From Octopus sinensis (taxonomy: Eukaryota): a DNA stretch of 23,171 bases. Each line of letters begins with the position of its first letter. Position 1 is the first letter of the stretch. The DNA lies in contig NW_021824595.1 of assembly GCF_006345805.1 (NCBI RefSeq), positions 1-23,171 of the forward strand, read 5' to 3'. The notes below the pieces were generated by a model, which saw nothing but the letters and a program-made list of their open reading frames with translations, was not told the origin of the DNA and did no database searches. Shown here piece after piece: positions 19,200 through 23,171 of the stretch. The position numbers and the translations under genes are program-made.

Positions 19200-19745
19200 G
19201 GGTGGTGTCAAAAGAAATTTGCACATATGTTTGCAGTTGCTGAAAATTTCGGATCTGGAGTTCAGTAGGACGGTGGAATTATTAGATCTAAAAAGAATAT
19301 GTGATCTTTCAGCTACGAATAAGTGGCATTTGATAGATCCATTCACATACGGCATCGATTTCTCTACAATTGTCCACTTGATTGTACGTGGTGTGTAGGT
19401 GGACTTCAAATCCCTTACGTGGCTAGCCAGCTTAGTCGCTTTACATTTGTTCTTGTACCGGAAGGAAGATAGGTGGTTTGCATAACATCTTTTGAAATCG
19501 CCTTTTCTTTACGGTTATGTTATCTTGAAGCGTTGTTATGACTTCTGCCTCATATACGACGGAATTTATCATATACACCTGGTCAAATGAGAAAGCTTCA
19601 GGGTGTCAACAGTTACTACTAGAAATGGGTACATGGTGATGCTTACAAGTGATAATGTTCCTCCTACTGGGGAAGCAGCTGCATAATATTTTAATCGAGC
19701 TTCAAAAACTATTCCTGTATTTGTGGTTTATTGGGAAATGTGCAT
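19200..19745 (-). pseudogene. Second Hydra-like PLE relic (linker + GIY-YIG endonuclease)
   Basis: Frameshifted - strand translation HFPINHKYRNSF..IKILCSCFP..NC.HPE..SVVYEAEV..FKRCYANHLSSFR..TKLASHVRDLK..IKWTIVEKSMPY..CHL..E..LLNSRSEIFSNCKH..KFLL, collinear with 8410-9435. Confidence 0.8.
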
Positions 19746-20062
19746 GTAAATACATGTATGCATATATTCACACACGCGCGCGCATGTATGGATTTAAATA
19801 TGAATGTGTATGTGTTTGTATCTCTTTGTCTTCACATCGCGTGAGAGTTGCAAATGAACATCATTATTTTTAATATTCTGCGAAAAGAGAAAGACAGAAA
19901 GGACATCCGGCCGTAAAAAGATCTGCTTCAATAAAACTTTGATTCGTGCAAGATGGAAAAGCGGTCGTTAATACGATGAAGAGAATAATGATGATGGTGG
20001 TGATGGTGATGATGATGATGATGATGAGATGATGATGATATGATGATGGTGATGATGATGAT

Positions 20063-20098
<36 letters not shown>

Positions 20099-20224
20099 AT
20101 AATATATATCTATATATATATATATATATTTAGGCAGTGATCCAGCATAGCAGTTAAATGACTGAAACAAGTAAAGGAATAAAAAAAATATGTGTGTGTG
20201 TGTATGTGTGCGGTGTGTATGTAA

Positions 20225-20645
20225 AGAATTTCGATCTCTGTGGTAGAAGTAGACCCAGGAAGACATGAGACAAGGTGATGAAGTATGATCTTCGAACTTT
20301 GGGCCTCACGGAGTAATGACTGGTGACCGAGACCTTTGGCGATATACCGTGCTTGAGAAGCCCCGTCAAGCCAAGTGATATCGTAGTCGTGGCCAATGCT
20401 GGCGTCACGTAACTGGTACCCGTTCCGGTGGCACGTAAAAAGCACCTTTCGAGTGTTGGGCCTCACGGAGGCAATGACGAATGACCAAGACCTTTGGCAT
20501 TATGTCATGCTTGAGAAGAAGACCCATGAAGCCAAGTACAATCACAGTCGTGACAGACACTGATCTCATGCAAATGGCATTCGTGCAGGTGGAACGTAAA
20601 GGCACCCTCTTCACTTTCGAAGTGGTTGCCGTTAAGAAGGGCATG
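20225..20645 (+). mobile_element. RTE-type 3' end with a 157-bp diverged tandem duplication
   Basis: RPRKT.DKV.KYDLRTLGLTEVMTGDRDLWRYTVLEK resembles RTE C-termini; units start TTGGGCCTCACGGAG at 20299 and 20456. Confidence 0.6.
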
Positions 20646-20699
20646 TGTTTCATGGGTATAGTTCCACTGATCGTGAGAATCAAATATCGATTACAACGG

Positions 20700-21187
20700 T
20701 TAGAATCGACAATTTTAAGTACAGGTGTTAAGAAAATACGTTACAGCAACCTAAGAATGCTGAAATAATTGATGAACATTTTAATCCCACAACAATTTAG
20801 GCCAAATTTCGTTAATCAGTTAATCAAAATTCATCTTATGTTTTGCTTGAGTGGTCTAGCTAAAAATTCATTTCTCTCAACCCATCCATAGCGCATATTC
20901 CATCTGTGTATAAAATTTCAAGAAAATTGGTTGAAAACGTAAAAAGTTATGGCAGAAAATAACATTCAAATGAGAATTTGCATTGAAATGTCCTACTGAT
21001 TTTCGAAAAATCGATGATGATTAAAAGTTATCGATTTTTAGGAAATCCCAAGTGCGTAAGTGACCACATGGGCATAAGCTCCACACACGTGTCAGGTTTC
21101 ATCAAGATCGGTTGGAGAGTCTCGGAGGAGTTAGATAAACAAATTCACAAACACACGCGGCCACAAACAGACAGATATTGCCATTTA
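20700..21187. mobile_element. Possible Helitron/HINE-like repeat
   Basis: Recurrent AATTTCAAGAAAATTGG / TTTCATCAAGATCGGTTG motifs followed by GGAGGAGTT..ACAAACAGACAG; family recall only. Confidence 0.35.
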
Positions 21188-21245
21188 TGTGTGTGTGTGT
21201 GTGTGTGTGTGTCTGTGTGTGTGTATGTGTGTGAATATATATATA

Positions 21246-21416
21246 GGCGCAGGAGTGGCTGTGTGGTAAGTAGCTTGCTAACCAACCACATGGTTCCGGG
21301 TTCAGTCTCACTGCGTGGCACCTTGGGCAAGTGTCTTCTGCTATAGCCCTGGGCCAACCAATGCCTTGTGAGTGGATTTGGTAGACGGAAACTGAAAGAA
21401 GCCTGTCGTATATATG

Positions 21417-21472
<56 letters not shown>

Positions 21473-21697
21473 GTGTGTGTGTTTGTGTGTCTGTGTTTGT
21501 TCCCCTAGCATTGCTTGACAACCGATGCTGGTGTGTTTACGTCCCCGTCACTTAGCGGTTCGGCAAAAGAGACCGATAGAATAAGTACTGGGCTTACAAA
21601 GATAAGTCCCGGGGTCGATTTGCTCGACTAAAGGCGGTGCTCCAGCATGGCCGTAGTCAAATGACTGAACAAGTAAAAAGAGTAAAGAGTAAAGAGT
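21246..21697 (+). mobile_element. SINE family A, full length
   Basis: Very similar to 1986-2540 but without the duplication. Confidence 0.92.
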
Positions 21698-21748
21698 ATA
21701 TTATATATATATATATATATATTATTATAGTATATATATATTTATGTT

Positions 21749-21780
<32 letters not shown>

Positions 21781-22074
21781 ATTGTTTTTTGTATTTATTC
21801 GTATTACTTTTTGATTTTTGTATTTATATTCGTGTAGCATCGTCCGTTTTTCTGTCCTTGTTTCGTATACATTCGATCCTTTTTCCAAGAAATCTAATGC
21901 TCGTAGCTTAGTTTTTCCTTGGGGCTGGCCGGATCGGAGCGATCTCAAGATTAACCAGCCGAAATTGCGAGGATGATTCGGTTCTTGACTGAAGATTAGA
22001 GGCTTCGAATGACCCGTCCGTTTTTTTTTTTGTGTCGTCTATTTGAATGTTTTGCGTTCTTGTCCCATTTTGTA

Positions 22075-22530
22075 TTTTTACTCTTCAACAACTTTCATGT
22101 TGAAAGCTGCGGTCATGCTGGAGTAAAACCTCTTGCTCTGCTACACTTTCATTATTTGAAATCCTCTCTGATAATGCAGTATTTGGTGGATAGGGAGTTT
22201 GATGCTGCTGCCCTCATCTGCGTTTCCTGCCGTGAGATAGACTCATCTGGGACCCTTGACAGGAGGAGATCCTGTTTTGTTTTGAAGACACCTACATTCA
22301 CACCATGCAGGTGTCTCAGGCATTTTGGAAGGATATTGAAGAGCTGTGGGTCATTGAAACTCAAGCTGTTGCAGTGTCTGGTCTTGTATTTTGATGGCTA
22401 TGTTGGGATCTTTGGCACTATCCAGCGGTACCCCGTTCGGTTGTTTATGAAATTTTCAATGCCAAAGTTAGGTACAAGTCCTTCTAGGACTTTCCAGATG
22501 CATATCAAAGCATATCTTTCCCGCCTAGAG
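22075..22530 (-). mobile_element. CR1/L2-like LINE 3' fragment with a tail shared with SINE A
   Basis: RRERYALICIWKVLEGLVPNFGI..SLSFNDPQLFNILPKCLR..FKTKQDLLLSRVPDE; the 3' UTR contains CTCCAGCATGACCGCAG. Confidence 0.85.
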
Positions 22531-22564
22531 GGAGAGAGAGAGAGGGAGAGAGAGAGAGAGAGGT

Positions 22565-22602
<38 letters not shown>
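22530..22602. repeat. (GA)n microsatellite
   Basis: Read directly. Confidence 0.95.
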
Positions 22603-22605
<3 letters not shown>

Positions 22606-22765
22606 TGTGTTAAGTGTGATTTACAGAATTGAATATTGAGAAAAAAAGTCGTCTGAATTTTGGGAAAAAAGATCCTTTTGTTTCTCCATTATTTTTAGAG
22701 AGGAACGAAAGCGCTAATGAAGAAATAAAAGGATTTTTCCCCAAAATTCTGACGACTTTTTTTTC

Positions 22766-22799
<34 letters not shown>

Positions 22800-22802
<3 letters not shown>

Positions 22803-23171
22803 GCAGCAATGGCTGTATGGTAAGTAGCTTGCTTACCAACCACATGGTTCCGGGTTCAGTCTATCTTCTAGTATACCCTCTGGCCGACCAAATCCTTGTG
22901 AGTGGATTTGGTAAACGGAAACTGATAGAAGCCAGTTGTATATATACATATATATATATATGTGTGTGTGTGTGTGTTTGTGTGCCTGTGTTACACCCCC
23001 CGTCCACCATCGATTGACAACCGATGTTGGTGTGTTTACATCCTCGTAACATAGCGGTTCGGCAAAAGCGACCGAGAGAATAAGTCCTACGCTTACAAAG
23101 AATAAGTCCTGGGGTCCGATTTGTTCGACAAAAAGGTGCTGCTCCAGCATGACCGCAGTCAAATGACTGAA
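22800..23171 (+). mobile_element. SINE family A, more diverged, cut by the window end
   Basis: Head TGGCTGTATGGTAAGTAGCTTGC, internal microsatellite, tail CTCCAGCATGACCGCAGTCAAATGACTGAA. Confidence 0.88.

Noticed and set aside
21940-22020. CCGAAA and CTGAAGA..GAAT..GTC in a probable repeat fragment
   Set aside because: Stems do not close in type I, II or III topology, and GAAT replaces GAAA.

Overview
AT-rich, microsatellite-saturated animal DNA. The SINE families and the (TA)n/(CA)n density look like Octopus; this rests on recall of the repeat families, not on a database search. No intact multi-exon gene is visible and nearly all listed ORFs are microsatellite or repeat artefacts. There is one good candidate host coding exon (570-692, +). 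The main feature is a 5'-truncated, frameshifted Penelope-like retroelement (PLE, Hydra-clade-like RT plus C-terminal GIY-YIG, 6764-11131). It sits in (TA)n and is bounded by ~230-260 bp inverted repeats that each contain a type I hammerhead ribozyme (HHR). Three further, sequence-unrelated HHR motifs occur at 4961-5032 (+), 5394-5428 (-) and 12658-12787 (+). A ~250 bp fold-back with HHR-like cores (17848-18101) lies downstream of a second Hydra-like PLE relic (19200-19745, -). The rest is tRNA-derived SINEs, RTE, CR1/L2-like and Tx1-like LINE relics, hAT- and Merlin-type MITEs and HINE-like elements. The ingredients (PLE pseudo-LTRs, PLE hammerheads, microsatellite targeting) are known; the particular structures and their clustering are what deserve follow-up.
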